A DNA stretch of 64,000 nucleotides from Capsulimonadaceae bacterium (GTDB lineage Bacteria; Armatimonadota; Armatimonadia; Armatimonadales; Capsulimonadaceae). Position 1 is the first letter of the stretch. The number at the start of each line of letters is the position of its first letter. Below are positions 51,028 through 63,841 of the stretch, in pieces. Location: contig OZ244065.1 of assembly GCA_965215505.1 (NCBI GenBank), forward strand, positions 4,701,835 through 4,765,834, in the 5' to 3' direction. The translations under genes and the position numbers were made by a program. The notes under the pieces are model-generated. The model was not told the DNA's origin and did not search any database. It saw only the letters and a list, made by a program, of their open reading frames with translations.

Positions 51028-51846
51028 CTACCGCGGCCCCATGCCGAAGCCCATGCCGTAGTCGGCGTTGATGCGGATACGGGTAGCGGCCAGCACGCCG
51101 TCGTCGCCCGCCTTGCCGTTCGCCATCACCCGGTCCCCCGCCTTCAGGTCGCCCAGCTTCTCCGAGACGTTCCGGCTCACCTTCACCGTCGGCCCGACCT
51201 TCAGCGTCACCAGGACGCCGTCCGCGACCGAGACCGTCAGCGGGCTGAGGCCCGTGATCGTGCCCGTCGCCTGCGCCGAGGCCGCCTGCGCCCCGCCCGG
51301 CTGCCCCGCTCCGGGCCGAGGCCCCATCGGCATCATGCCCGGCATCATCCCCATGCCGCCCCCGCCCATGTCGGCGCTGTCCCCCGCCGTGATCTGCGAG
51401 GCGGTGATGCCCGTCGGTACGCCCCGCACCTGGATCGTGTCCCCGACCTTCAGGTCCCCGACCGTCCCCTCCCGCGTCGCCGTGATCTTCGTCTCGCCCG
51501 TCACCCGCACCGTCTGCGGCGTCCCCCCGTTGAACATGGGGGCCAGCGTGACCGTCCCCGCCGCTGCGTCCACCGCCGTGACCGTGCCGTTCGCGAACGG
51601 CAGCCGCCCCATGCCGAAGGGATTGCCCCCGGTCATGTTCGGCCTGCCGCTCATCGGCACCCCGTTCGGCCCGCCCCCCATCGGCATCCCCGTCGTCGGC
51701 ACGCCCGTCGGCGCGGGCGGCACCATCGGCCCGCCCCCGCCGAACTGTGCCCACGCCGCCGTGGTGAGCGCCGTGCCCGCCAGGAGCGCGGCGGCCACTG
51801 TCTTGCCGCTGCGTGTCATGCGTCGTGTCATGCGAAATCTTATCAT
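51028..51846 (-). CDS. Secreted Gly/Pro/Met-rich protein with DUF5666-like beta domains
   Basis: It has a signal peptide (AAALLAGTALTTAAWA) and repeated GTVTAVD...TV.V and GDLKVGD..V.G modules. The start is one of the ATGs at 51846, 51831 or 51819. Confidence 0.6.
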   Translation of the reverse strand: MIRFRMTRRMTRSGKTVAAALLAGTALTTAAWAQFGGGGPMVPPAPTGVPTTGMPMGGGPNGVPMSGRPNMTGGNPFGMGRLPFANGTVTAVDAAAGTVTLAPMFNGGTPQTVRVTGETKITATREGTVGDLKVGDTIQVRGVPTGITASQITAGDSADMGGGGMGMMPGMMPMGPRPGAGQPGGAQAASAQATGTITGLSPLTVSVADGVLVTLKVGPTVKVSRNVSEKLGDLKAGDRVMANGKAGDDGVLAATRIRINADYGMGFGMGPR

Positions 51847-51973
51847 CAGTGCTGTTCCTCCGCCTGTTATACGCCCCCCCGCCGGGATTTGTTCGCCCCA
51901 CAAGGGCCGTATCAGGTATAATGCTTCCATGGTTCTGCCGATCACTGTCAACACCACATCACAAGACCGCCCG

Positions 51974-52921
51974 ATGAAAGCACTCCTCGCCAGCCCGCGC
52001 GGCTTCTGCGCCGGGGTAGACCGGGCCATTGATGTCGTCGAAGAATGCCTGGAGATCTTCGGTGCCCCCGTCTACGTCCGCCACGAGATCGTCCACAACG
52101 AACACGTCGTGGAGCGCCTGCGCCGCCGGGGCGCGGTCTTCACCGACGACCTCGCCGACGTCCCCGAAGGCAGCGTGCTCATCTTCTCCGCCCACGGCGT
52201 CTCCCCCGCCGTGCGGACCGAGGCGACGGCGCGCGGCCTGAAGGTCATTGACGCCACCTGCCCCCTCGTCACCAAGATTCATCTGGAAGTCCATAAGTTC
52301 CTCAAGCGCGGCTACGGCATCTTCTACATCGGACATAAAGGCCACGTCGAGACCGAAGGCACCCTGGGCGAAGCGCCGGGCCGCCTCCACCTCGTCACCG
52401 AAGTCTCCGAGGTCGCCGGCCTGCCCGAGCCGTCCGAAGCGAGATTGATCTACCTGACCCAGACCACCCTCTCCATTGACGAGACCAGCGACATCGTGGC
52501 CGCCCTCCGCGCCCGCTTCCCGCGCCTGGAAGACCCGCCCACCGGCGACATCTGCTATGCCACCCAGAACCGCCAGGACGCCATCAAGGTCATCGCCCCC
52601 CGCTCCGACGTGGTGCTTGTCATCGGGTCGCAGACCTCCTCCAACACCAAGTCCCTGCGCCAGGTCGCCGAAACCCTCGGTGCCCGCGCCTACCTCATCG
52701 GAGGCCGCGAAGACATCACCGCCGACATGCTGGTTGACGCCCAGACCGTCGGCGTCACCAGCGGCGCCAGCGCCCCCGAAGACCGCGTCCAAGGCGTCCT
52801 GGACGAACTCGCCGCGCGGGGCGTCTCCGCCGTCGAGGAGATCAAGGTGCGCGACGAAGACGTCGCCTTCACCCCGCCCCGCGAGATGAAACTGCTGCGG
52901 ATGGCGAAGATGGGAAGTTGA
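51974..52921 (+). CDS. ispH: 4-hydroxy-3-methylbut-2-enyl diphosphate reductase
   Basis: It starts MKALLASPRGFCAGVDRAI and continues VYVRHEIVHN, SAHGVSP and ATCPLVTK. Confidence 0.93.
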   Translation: MKALLASPRGFCAGVDRAIDVVEECLEIFGAPVYVRHEIVHNEHVVERLRRRGAVFTDDLADVPEGSVLIFSAHGVSPAVRTEATARGLKVIDATCPLVTKIHLEVHKFLKRGYGIFYIGHKGHVETEGTLGEAPGRLHLVTEVSEVAGLPEPSEARLIYLTQTTLSIDETSDIVAALRARFPRLEDPPTGDICYATQNRQDAIKVIAPRSDVVLVIGSQTSSNTKSLRQVAETLGARAYLIGGREDITADMLVDAQTVGVTSGASAPEDRVQGVLDELAARGVSAVEEIKVRDEDVAFTPPREMKLLRMAKMGS

Positions 52922-52972
52922 AGGCCGCGCCCACAGTTTGTGCGGTTAAACACTGTAGAGGGGGAAACCAAG

Positions 52973-53203
52973 ATGCTGAGTCCGCTTGTCGAGCAAGAAA
53001 TCTACCAACAACTCGAAGTCCTACCCACCAGTCAACAGCGCCAGGTCCTTGACTTCGCCCGCGCTTTGGCCCTCGCCCGACCGCGCGGCGTTCCAGGGCA
53101 GAGCCTGTTATCCTTGGCCGGCACCATAGATGCGCCTGATTTGGCCGTCATCTCCCAGGCCATCAAGGAAGACTGCGAACAGATAAACTCAGAAGGCTGG
53201 TAA
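52973..53203 (+). CDS. Type II antitoxin (VapB-like)
   Basis: The 76-aa product lies immediately upstream of a PIN toxin. An SD (GAGGGGG) lies upstream. Confidence 0.65.
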   Translation: MLSPLVEQEIYQQLEVLPTSQQRQVLDFARALALARPRGVPGQSLLSLAGTIDAPDLAVISQAIKEDCEQINSEGW

Positions 53204-53207
53204 TCCC

Positions 53208-53609
53208 ATGCTGAGTGCCACTTCCCTCCGCTTCCTGCTGGATACTAACATCGTCATCGCGCTCTTCGCTCAAGAGGCCGCCGTGTTACAGCAGTTGAGC
53301 CAGGCCCTTGAGGTCTTCGTCCCGAGCATCGTCCTGGGCGAACTGTACTATGGGGCGGAGAAGTCCGCGAACGCCGCCACGAACGTCCTGCGGGTAAGTG
53401 AACTAGCGGGCCGAAGCGCGGTCCTGGCCTGTGACGCCGAAACCGCGCAGCACTACGGGCAGATCAAAAACCGGCTGCGCGCTAAAGGGAAGCCGCTGCC
53501 CGAGAATGACATCTGGATCGCTGCCCTGGCGTTACAGCATGGCTTGGTTCTAGTCACACGGGACGCCCACTTCAACGAAATTGCTGGCCTGTCTGTGGTT
53601 GCCTGGTAA
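53208..53609 (+). CDS. vapC: PIN-domain toxin (VapC family)
   Basis: It has the motifs FLLDTNIVIALF, ENDIWIAALA and LVTRDAHF. Confidence 0.88.
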   Translation: MLSATSLRFLLDTNIVIALFAQEAAVLQQLSQALEVFVPSIVLGELYYGAEKSANAATNVLRVSELAGRSAVLACDAETAQHYGQIKNRLRAKGKPLPENDIWIAALALQHGLVLVTRDAHFNEIAGLSVVAW

Positions 53610-53712
53610 TTTCGTTGGTCCTGTCGCATTGCAGCCGGCACCACTCCCCGCCCCTTGCCCTACAACACGGTACTGTTTGTCGTGTCTTCGGCTGATGCTA
53701 AGAGGCTTCGTC

Positions 53713-54450
53713 ATGCGCGCTTTTCTCCACCGGGGCACCGACAACGAGTACCAGTCCGTGAACTTTGCCGTCGCCGCTCAAGGTTTCAAGGAGATGGGAT
53801 GGGAGTTGATCGGCTATCAGGATGTCGCATCCATACTGCCCGAACTCAGCCTGGAAGACGTGGTCGTAGATTTCGTTGATGAGTCGCGGGAGGCGCTGAA
53901 TCGCCTCGGCATTAAACCTGCTCCCGTTCCCACTTATCCCGAAGTGCTGCACCAGTATTTGGGAAGAAAGCTGTGGACCTCGACCATTGACAGGATCGCC
54001 TCCGCGCCGGAACTCTGGCCCGTCTTCGTCAAGCCGCGCGACGATTCAAAGAAGTTCACGGGGGTGCTTGTCAGGGGGACGGGCGACCTTGTAGGCTGTG
54101 GTGACCCGTCCCACGACACGCCTGTCTGGTGTTCCCAACCCGTGAACTTCATCAGCGAATGGCGCTGCTTTGTGCGCTACGGGAGAATCCTTGATGTCAG
54201 GCCCTACAAAGGGAACTGGCGCAGCCACTTCGACGCGCGGGTCATCGAAGAAGCGGTTGGGAGTTGGCAGGAGAAGCCGCGCGGGTGCGCGCTTGACTTC
54301 GGACTTGACGCGCAGGGCCGCACACTTATGGTCGAAGTCAATGACGGCTTTGCCCTGGGCGCTTACGGCCTTCCTCCCCTCCTCTACGCGCGTCTTCTTT
54401 CGGCCCGCTGGTCGCAGCTGACAGGGGCCAAAGACTTTTGCGACTTCTAA
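53713..54450 (+). CDS. ATP-grasp domain protein (DUF4343-like)
   Basis: The 245-aa product starts at the ATG at 53713, with WPVFVKP, KF.G and EWRCFV motifs. The ORF-track start at 53581 overlaps vapC. Confidence 0.6.
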   Translation: MRAFLHRGTDNEYQSVNFAVAAQGFKEMGWELIGYQDVASILPELSLEDVVVDFVDESREALNRLGIKPAPVPTYPEVLHQYLGRKLWTSTIDRIASAPELWPVFVKPRDDSKKFTGVLVRGTGDLVGCGDPSHDTPVWCSQPVNFISEWRCFVRYGRILDVRPYKGNWRSHFDARVIEEAVGSWQEKPRGCALDFGLDAQGRTLMVEVNDGFALGAYGLPPLLYARLLSARWSQLTGAKDFCDF

Positions 54451-54471
54451 CCAACTGCTAACAGGAACACA

Positions 54472-55206
54472 ATGCTGCTCGAAAACAAAATCGCCCTCGT
54501 CACCGGCGCGGGCCGGGGCATCGGCGCGGTCGTCGCCCGCCGGTTCGCCGAAGAGGGCGCGCGCGTCGTCGTCCACTATCGGGGCAGCCGCGAACCTGCC
54601 GAGGCGCTGGCCCAGGAGATCAGCGGCATCGCGCTTCAGGCGGACCTGACGGACGCCCTCGCGACCGAGGCGATGGTGGCGGACGCCCTCTCGCACTTCG
54701 GGCGCATTGACGTCCTGGTGAACAACGCCGCCTCCTTCGCCGCCGACCTCACGTTTGCCTCGGCCACCTGGGACGACTTCCGAACCGAGTTCGAGGGGGT
54801 GGTGGGGGCGACGGTCAACCCGACCAAAGCCGTCGCGCCCGTGATGATCTCGCAGGGGGAGGGGCGCATCGTCAACTTCGTCGCCACCCTTGTGCAGCGG
54901 CCCGCCGCCGAGTATGTCGTTCACACGACCGCCAAGAGCGCCCTCATCGGCCTGACGCGGACCCTGGCACGCGACCTCGGCCCGCACGGCATCACGGTCA
55001 ACATGGTTTCGCCGGGCATGACCCTGACCGACTACTCCCAGAGCCTCCCGGACGACGTGAAGGCGCGCGTCAGCGGCCTGACCCCCCTGCGCCGCCTGGC
55101 GACGCCTGAAGACGTAGCGAACGTCGTCCTGTTCTACGCCTCCCCGCTGGCCGGCTTCGTCACCGGCGCGAACATCGCCCCCGACGGCGGTCTTGCCGTA
55201 TTCTGA
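54472..55206 (+). CDS. SDR-family oxidoreductase (FabG-like)
   Basis: It has TGAGRGIG, NNAA and the Y...K catalytic region (TAKSAL). Confidence 0.88.
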   Translation: MLLENKIALVTGAGRGIGAVVARRFAEEGARVVVHYRGSREPAEALAQEISGIALQADLTDALATEAMVADALSHFGRIDVLVNNAASFAADLTFASATWDDFRTEFEGVVGATVNPTKAVAPVMISQGEGRIVNFVATLVQRPAAEYVVHTTAKSALIGLTRTLARDLGPHGITVNMVSPGMTLTDYSQSLPDDVKARVSGLTPLRRLATPEDVANVVLFYASPLAGFVTGANIAPDGGLAVF

Positions 55207-55222
55207 GGGGGACGGACCCCTA

Positions 55223-55344
55223 CCCCCCGCCCCTGCCCCCGCAAGCGGGAGAGGGGAGTCAAAATATGACTATGGTAGCGGCCGTCCCGGCATGAATTCT
55301 CCTTCATGCCCCCCTCTCCCGCTTGCGGGGGCGGGGCGGGGGGG
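55223..55344. repeat. Palindromic GC-rich intergenic element
   Basis: CCCCCCGCCCCTGCCCCCGCAAGCGGGAGAGGGG (55223-55256) is nearly perfectly complementary to CCCCTCTCCCGCTTGCGGGGGCGGGGCGGGGGGG (55311-55344). The spacer between them is 54 bp. Confidence 0.85.
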
Positions 55345-55388
55345 CCCCACGTTCCGCCACGCCGCCACATGGGTAAACATAACCACCC

Positions 55389-56576
55389 ATGAAAATCGCC
55401 TACTTCGACTGCTTCTCCGGCGTGAGCGGAGACATGACCCTCGCCGCCCTGCTGGCCTGTGGCGCGGACGAAGCCGCCTTCCGCGACCGCCTTGCCGCCC
55501 TCAACGTCCCCGGCTATGAACTGCGCGTTCAGCGCATCACGCGCGAGGGCATCACGGCCACCGACGTTGACGTGAAACTGATCGAAACCGAGCAAGGCCA
55601 CGGGCGGCACCTCTCGGACATCGCCGCCATCCTGGACTCCAGCCCCCTGCCGCCGCGTGTCCGGCAGAACGCCCTCGCCGTCTTCACCCGCCTGGCCGAC
55701 GCCGAGGCGAAGATCCACGGCACGACCCGCGAGCAGATCCATTTCCATGAGGTCGGGGCTGTGGACGCCATCGTGGACATCGTCGGCTCCTGCCTGCTGC
55801 TGGACATGCTGGGCGTCGAGCGCGTCGTGATGTCCTCCATCCCCTGCGGCTACGGCACCATCCAGTGCCAGCACGGCATCATGCCCGTCCCCGCCCCGGC
55901 CACGATGGAGCTATTGCAAGGATTTCCCGTCCACTCGGTAGACATCAAGGGCGAACTGGTCACGCCGACCGGGGCTGCCCTCCTGACGACACTGGCTGAT
56001 CCCCAATCGGCAGGCAGGATGCCCGCCATGCGCGTCCTGACCAGCGGCTTCGGGGCGGGCAAGAAGCAGTTCAAGCCGGACATGCCGAACCTCCTGCGCG
56101 TCATCCTCGGCGAGACCGAAGAGGCCGAGGCGGGGCGGGACAAAACGCCGCAGACCGTCGCCGTGCTGGAAACGAATCTGGACGACCAGAACCCCGAGGG
56201 CTTCGACCTGCTCATGGAACGCGCCTTCGCGGCGGGCGCTCTGGACGTCTTCTTCGCGCCCATCCAGATGAAGAAGAACCGCCCCGCTACGCTTCTTTCC
56301 GTCCTCTGCCCGCCCGACAAGGCCGATGCTTTGGCTGCCCTGCTGTTCCGCGAAACCGGCACCTTCGGCATCCGCGCCCGTGAGCAGCGCCGCTACACCT
56401 TGGCCCGCTCCTGGCGCACCGTCGCCACTGAGTTTGGTGACATCCGCCTCAAGGCCGGGGCCTGGCAAGGGGAGGAAGTCACGGTCGCCCCCGAATACGA
56501 GGACTGCAAGCGCGCCGCCCTCGCCCACGGCATCCCCCTCCGCCGCGTCTACGAAGCCGCCCTGCGGCAATCGTGA
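55389..56576 (+). CDS. larC: Nickel insertion protein LarC (DUF111 family)
   Basis: It starts MKIAYFDCFSGVSGDM and has the FHEVGAVDAIVDIVG motif. Confidence 0.88.
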   Translation: MKIAYFDCFSGVSGDMTLAALLACGADEAAFRDRLAALNVPGYELRVQRITREGITATDVDVKLIETEQGHGRHLSDIAAILDSSPLPPRVRQNALAVFTRLADAEAKIHGTTREQIHFHEVGAVDAIVDIVGSCLLLDMLGVERVVMSSIPCGYGTIQCQHGIMPVPAPATMELLQGFPVHSVDIKGELVTPTGAALLTTLADPQSAGRMPAMRVLTSGFGAGKKQFKPDMPNLLRVILGETEEAEAGRDKTPQTVAVLETNLDDQNPEGFDLLMERAFAAGALDVFFAPIQMKKNRPATLLSVLCPPDKADALAALLFRETGTFGIRAREQRRYTLARSWRTVATEFGDIRLKAGAWQGEEVTVAPEYEDCKRAALAHGIPLRRVYEAALRQS

Positions 56577-56605
56577 TCTCTCGCCGCCTTATCCTCTTCC
56601 CTCTC

Positions 56606-56655
56606 GCGTCCCCTGGACGCTGGGCTTTTCGGAGCCTCGGGTTTCAACCCGTGGC
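56606..56655 (+). repeat. Dispersed 50-bp REP-like element, copy C
   Basis: GCGTCCCCTGGACGCTGGGCTTTTCGGAGCCTCGGGTTTCAACCCGTGGC matches the copies at 36855 and 36984. Confidence 0.85.
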
Positions 56656-56769
56656 AATACCCGCCTGCCCGGTTTACAAACAATCCCCTGATGGTAAGTC
56701 GGTAACAGAAAAGACTTCACGCAATTCTAGGCTTCACGCAATCCTCGTAGCACGATCAGGAGCGACCGC

Positions 56770-58140
56770 ATGGAACGAGACGACCACTCCCCCCGACCTT
56801 CAGACACCCCTACAGACGCCGACCCACACACTTCCGACTCCGAACTGAGCCGCCGCCAGTTCCTCCGCACTGCCGGCCTTCTCGGTGCGGGCATCGCCCT
56901 GACCGGACGCGCCGCCGCCCAGGGGGGCGGCAACAACAGCGGCAGCCCCCAGGCCGGCGACACGGCGGCGTCAGGCCAGCAGTCCGGCGGCCAAGGGGGC
57001 GGTCAGTCCGGCGGCCAGTCCCAGACCCCCCCGTCAGGGACCCAGGACAACGGCCCCACACGGTCCTCGCGCCGGACGACGGGCGCACTCGGCAGCCAGA
57101 GCAAAGGCTCCTCGGCCCCGAAGGGCGTCCTCGACGGCTCCCCGACCGGCGAGGGCGAGATCCCGCGCCGTCCGCTAGGCAAGACCGGCATGACCGTCTC
57201 CGCGCTTGGCCTGGGTGGGCACCACCTCGGCGACGCCGACAGCGTGAACGAGGCCATGAACATCGTCCACGAGGCCATTGACACCGGCATCACCTTCTTC
57301 GACAACTGCTGGGAGTATCACAACGGCAAGAGCGAGGACTGGCTGGGCCGTGCGCTGGACGGCGGGCGGCGCGATAAGGTCGTCCTGATGACCAAGGTGT
57401 GTACGCACGGCCGGACCAAGGCGCTGGCGATGAAGATGCTGGAGGAGTCCCTGCGGCGGCTCCAGACCGACCACCTGGACGTCTGGCAGATCCACGCCAT
57501 CACCTACGACAACGACCCCGAATTGGCCTACGCCACCGGCGGCGTTCTGGAAGCGATGACCGAGGCGAAGCAGCAGGGGAAGGTGCGCGCGGTCGGCTTC
57601 ACCGGCCACAAGGACCCCGGCCTGCACCTGAAGATGATCCAGATGGGATACCCGTTCGACACCTGCCAGCTCCCCCTGAACCCCTTCGATGCGGGCTTCT
57701 TCAGCTTTGAACAGCAGGTCCTGCCCGTCCTGAACCAGAAGGGCATCGCGCCGCTGGGCATGAAGAGCATGAACGGCGGCGGCGAAGCCATCAAGCACGG
57801 CCTGATCACGGCGGAAGAAATGTTGCGCTACGCCATGGGCCTGCCCGTCGCCGTGACTATCGCCGGCATGGACTCGCTGGACGTGCTGCACCAGAACCTC
57901 CGCATCGCCCGAGGCTTCAAGCCTCTGTCGCCCGCCGAGACCGCCGAGCTGCGCGCCCGCTGCGCCCCGACCGCCGCCGACGGGCGGTACGAGCCGTACA
58001 AGGTCAGCATCCGCTACGACAACCCGATGACGCGCCAGCCGCACGGGTTCCCGGATGACCCCATGAATAAGGAAGTCATAGACATGATGGAGACCGGCAT
58101 CGCCCGCCCCGGCAACGCCGGACTCAACCTGTCCCTGTAA
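56770..58140 (+). CDS. Aldo/keto reductase with a twin-arginine signal and a Gly/Gln/Ser-rich linker
   Basis: It has a Tat motif (SRRQFLRTAGLLGAGIAL) followed by about 90 aa of low complexity. The AKR core then follows (LGLGGHHLG, FFDNCWEYHNG). Confidence 0.85.
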   Translation: MERDDHSPRPSDTPTDADPHTSDSELSRRQFLRTAGLLGAGIALTGRAAAQGGGNNSGSPQAGDTAASGQQSGGQGGGQSGGQSQTPPSGTQDNGPTRSSRRTTGALGSQSKGSSAPKGVLDGSPTGEGEIPRRPLGKTGMTVSALGLGGHHLGDADSVNEAMNIVHEAIDTGITFFDNCWEYHNGKSEDWLGRALDGGRRDKVVLMTKVCTHGRTKALAMKMLEESLRRLQTDHLDVWQIHAITYDNDPELAYATGGVLEAMTEAKQQGKVRAVGFTGHKDPGLHLKMIQMGYPFDTCQLPLNPFDAGFFSFEQQVLPVLNQKGIAPLGMKSMNGGGEAIKHGLITAEEMLRYAMGLPVAVTIAGMDSLDVLHQNLRIARGFKPLSPAETAELRARCAPTAADGRYEPYKVSIRYDNPMTRQPHGFPDDPMNKEVIDMMETGIARPGNAGLNLSL

Positions 58141-58163
58141 GCGACTCGCGAGAGGAACGAACC

Positions 58164-59372
58164 ATGCCGCAGAGCAACACGACGCCCGACCCACAGGCGC
58201 CTGACATGATGCCCACACCCGCCGACGAGCAGGTGGACAAGGGGCCGGAGGGCGTCCAGAACCACAGCACCGGCGGCAACGCCGTCGCGCACGACGCCGA
58301 CCCGAAGCCACCCGTCCTACAGCGCCCCGGTGCGGCGGGCGGCCTGGGGACCGCAACGCCCGTCGCGATGGCACAGGCCTACCTGCCGTCCCCGCTCGTG
58401 CCGCCACCCGCGCCCCTGCCGATGACAAACACCGGACCGGGCCAGATCCCCAAAAAGCCGCTGGGCCGGACCGGCGAACACGTCAGCATCATCGGCCTTG
58501 GCGGGTCCAGCTTGGGCGACGCCAGCTCCTTGGAAGAGGCCGTGCAGATCGCCCACGAGGCCATAGACGCGGGCGTCAACTTCATGGACAACGCCTGGGA
58601 ATACAACAACCACCGGAGCGAGGACTGGATGGGCCGCGCCCTGCAAGGCCGCCGCGACCGCGTCTTCCTGATGACCAAGTGTTGCACCCACGGGCGCGAC
58701 AAGAAAGTCGCCATGCAGCAGCTTGAGGAGTCCCTGACCCGCCTCCGCACGGATCATTTGGACCTGTGGCAGATCCACGAGTGCGTCTACTACGACGACC
58801 CCGACCTGCACTTCGCCCCTGGCGGCGTCTGGGAGGCCATGCTGGAGGCCAAGAAGCAGGGCAAGGTCCGCTTCATCGGCTTTACGGGCCACAAGACGCC
58901 CCAAATCCACCTGCGGATGATGGCGATGGCCGACCAGCACAACATGAAATTCGACACCGTCCAGATGCCGCTGAACGCCTTTGACGCCACTTACCGGAGT
59001 TTCCAGCAGTACGTTCTGCCGGAAGCCAACCGGCGCGGCATGGGCGTCCTGGGCATGAAGAGCCTCGGTGGAGCGGGCGAACCCGTCCAGCAGGGCGCGG
59101 TGACCGCCCGCGAGGCCCTGCGCTACGCCATGAGCCTGCCGGTCGCGACGACGATCAGCGGCATTGACTCGCTTCAAGTCCTGCGCCAAAACCTCGCCGT
59201 CGCCCGCGACTTCCAGCCCATGACGGCGGACGAGATGACCGCCCTGGCCCGGCGCTGCCAGGCGTTGGCCGGGGACGGGCACCTGGAACTCTACAAGAGT
59301 ACCAAGAAGTACGACGCCAACGTGGGCCGCTCCCAGCACAACTACCCGTCGCTGGAAGAACTCCCAATGTGA
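58164..59372 (+). CDS. Aldo/keto reductase (tandem paralogue) with a Pro-rich N-terminal extension
   Basis: The AKR core is collinear with the upstream paralogue (IGLGGSSLG, FMDNAWEYNNHRSEDW). No clear RR motif is present. Confidence 0.85.
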   Translation: MPQSNTTPDPQAPDMMPTPADEQVDKGPEGVQNHSTGGNAVAHDADPKPPVLQRPGAAGGLGTATPVAMAQAYLPSPLVPPPAPLPMTNTGPGQIPKKPLGRTGEHVSIIGLGGSSLGDASSLEEAVQIAHEAIDAGVNFMDNAWEYNNHRSEDWMGRALQGRRDRVFLMTKCCTHGRDKKVAMQQLEESLTRLRTDHLDLWQIHECVYYDDPDLHFAPGGVWEAMLEAKKQGKVRFIGFTGHKTPQIHLRMMAMADQHNMKFDTVQMPLNAFDATYRSFQQYVLPEANRRGMGVLGMKSLGGAGEPVQQGAVTAREALRYAMSLPVATTISGIDSLQVLRQNLAVARDFQPMTADEMTALARRCQALAGDGHLELYKSTKKYDANVGRSQHNYPSLEELPM

Positions 59373-60589
59373 CCGCTGCCTCTCCTGAAACAGACCGGAT
59401 GAACTGGCCCGTGCTGATCGCAGTCGGCACGGGCACGTTCATGTCGGCCCTCGACGGCAGTGTCGCCAACACCGTCCTGCCGGTCCTAACCCACGCCCTG
59501 CACGGCAGCATCGCCAATGCGGAGTGGGTCGTCACCGTCTACCTGCTCGTCACCAGCGCCCTGCTGCTCAGTGCCGGGCGCTGGGGCGACCTGCACGGCC
59601 ACAAGCCGATGTACCTGGTGGGGTTCGTCGTCTTCATCCTCGGGTCGGCCCTCTGCGGCCTGGCGACGACCCTCCCCCTGCTGGTCGTCATGCGCGGCTT
59701 GCAGGCACTCGGCGCGACCTGCCTCTTCGCCTCCTCCCCGGCCATCGTCACCCTGAACTTCCCCGCCAAGCGGCGCGGGCAGGCCTTGGGCTTGCAGGCG
59801 ACCCTAACCTATCTCGGCATCACGGCCGGGCCGCTGCTCGGCGGCTGGCTGACCTCTCACCTCGGCTGGCGCTCCGTCTTCTTCCTCAACGTCCCCATCG
59901 GCCTGCTCGCACTCGGCCTGAGCCAGCGCTTCGTCCCGCGCGACCATCCGCGCTCGACCTCGGCCGCCTTCGACATCCCCGGCTCCGCCCTGTTCGCCGC
60001 CGGCCTGGTCGCCCTGCTGCTGGCCTTGAACCAGGGCCACGCCTGGGGCTGGGCCTCGCTGCCCACTCTCGGCCTTCTCCTGCTCGCCGCCGTTTCCCTG
60101 GCCGGGTTCGTCGCGTGGGAGCGGCGCACGGCCACCCCGATGCTCGACCTGGGCCTGTTCCGCGACCGCAGCTTTTCCGCCGCGGGCGTCAGCGCCCTGC
60201 TCAATTTCGTCTGCCTGAGCGGCCTCCTGTTCCTACTGCCCTTCTATCTTATCGAAGGTCGGGGCCTGTCCGCCGCCCGCGCCGGTTTCTTCATCTGTGC
60301 CCTGCCGCTCGCCATGGCCGCCGTCGCCCCCGCTTCCGGCTGGCTCTCCGACCGTGTGGGGGCCGCCCTGCCCGCGACAACCGGCATGGCCCTCCTCGCC
60401 GCCGCGACACTGCTGCTGACCCGCCTCGGCCCTGAGTCAAGCCTGCACACCCTCGCCTGGGAACTCGCCCTGGCGGGCCTGGGCGTCGGCCTCTTCCTGT
60501 CCCCCAACAACAGCGCCCTGATGGGGTCCGCCCCGCGCGACCGCCAGGGCGTCGCGTCCGGCGTCCGCGCCGGGGGTGGGGGCTTCCCC
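59369..60589 (+). pseudogene. DHA2-type MFS transporter, apparently missing its last two transmembrane segments
   Basis: About 12 hydrophobic segments are recognisable up to LFLSPNNSALMGSAPRDRQGVASGV (about 60565). The frame then runs without a stop antisense to lacZ as Arg/His-rich nonsense. The GTG at 59369 overlaps the upstream stop; an alternative ATG lies at 59399. Confidence 0.6.
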
Positions 60590-63832
<3,243 letters not shown>

Positions 63833-63841
63833 CTACGCGGT

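Noticed and set aside
51068-51973. The N-terminal 300 aa of the 617-aa ORF 51068-52921
   Set aside because: Only the part from the ATG at 51974 matches IspH. The upstream part is antisense to the DUF5666-like gene and is low-complexity Pro/Val/Thr-rich.
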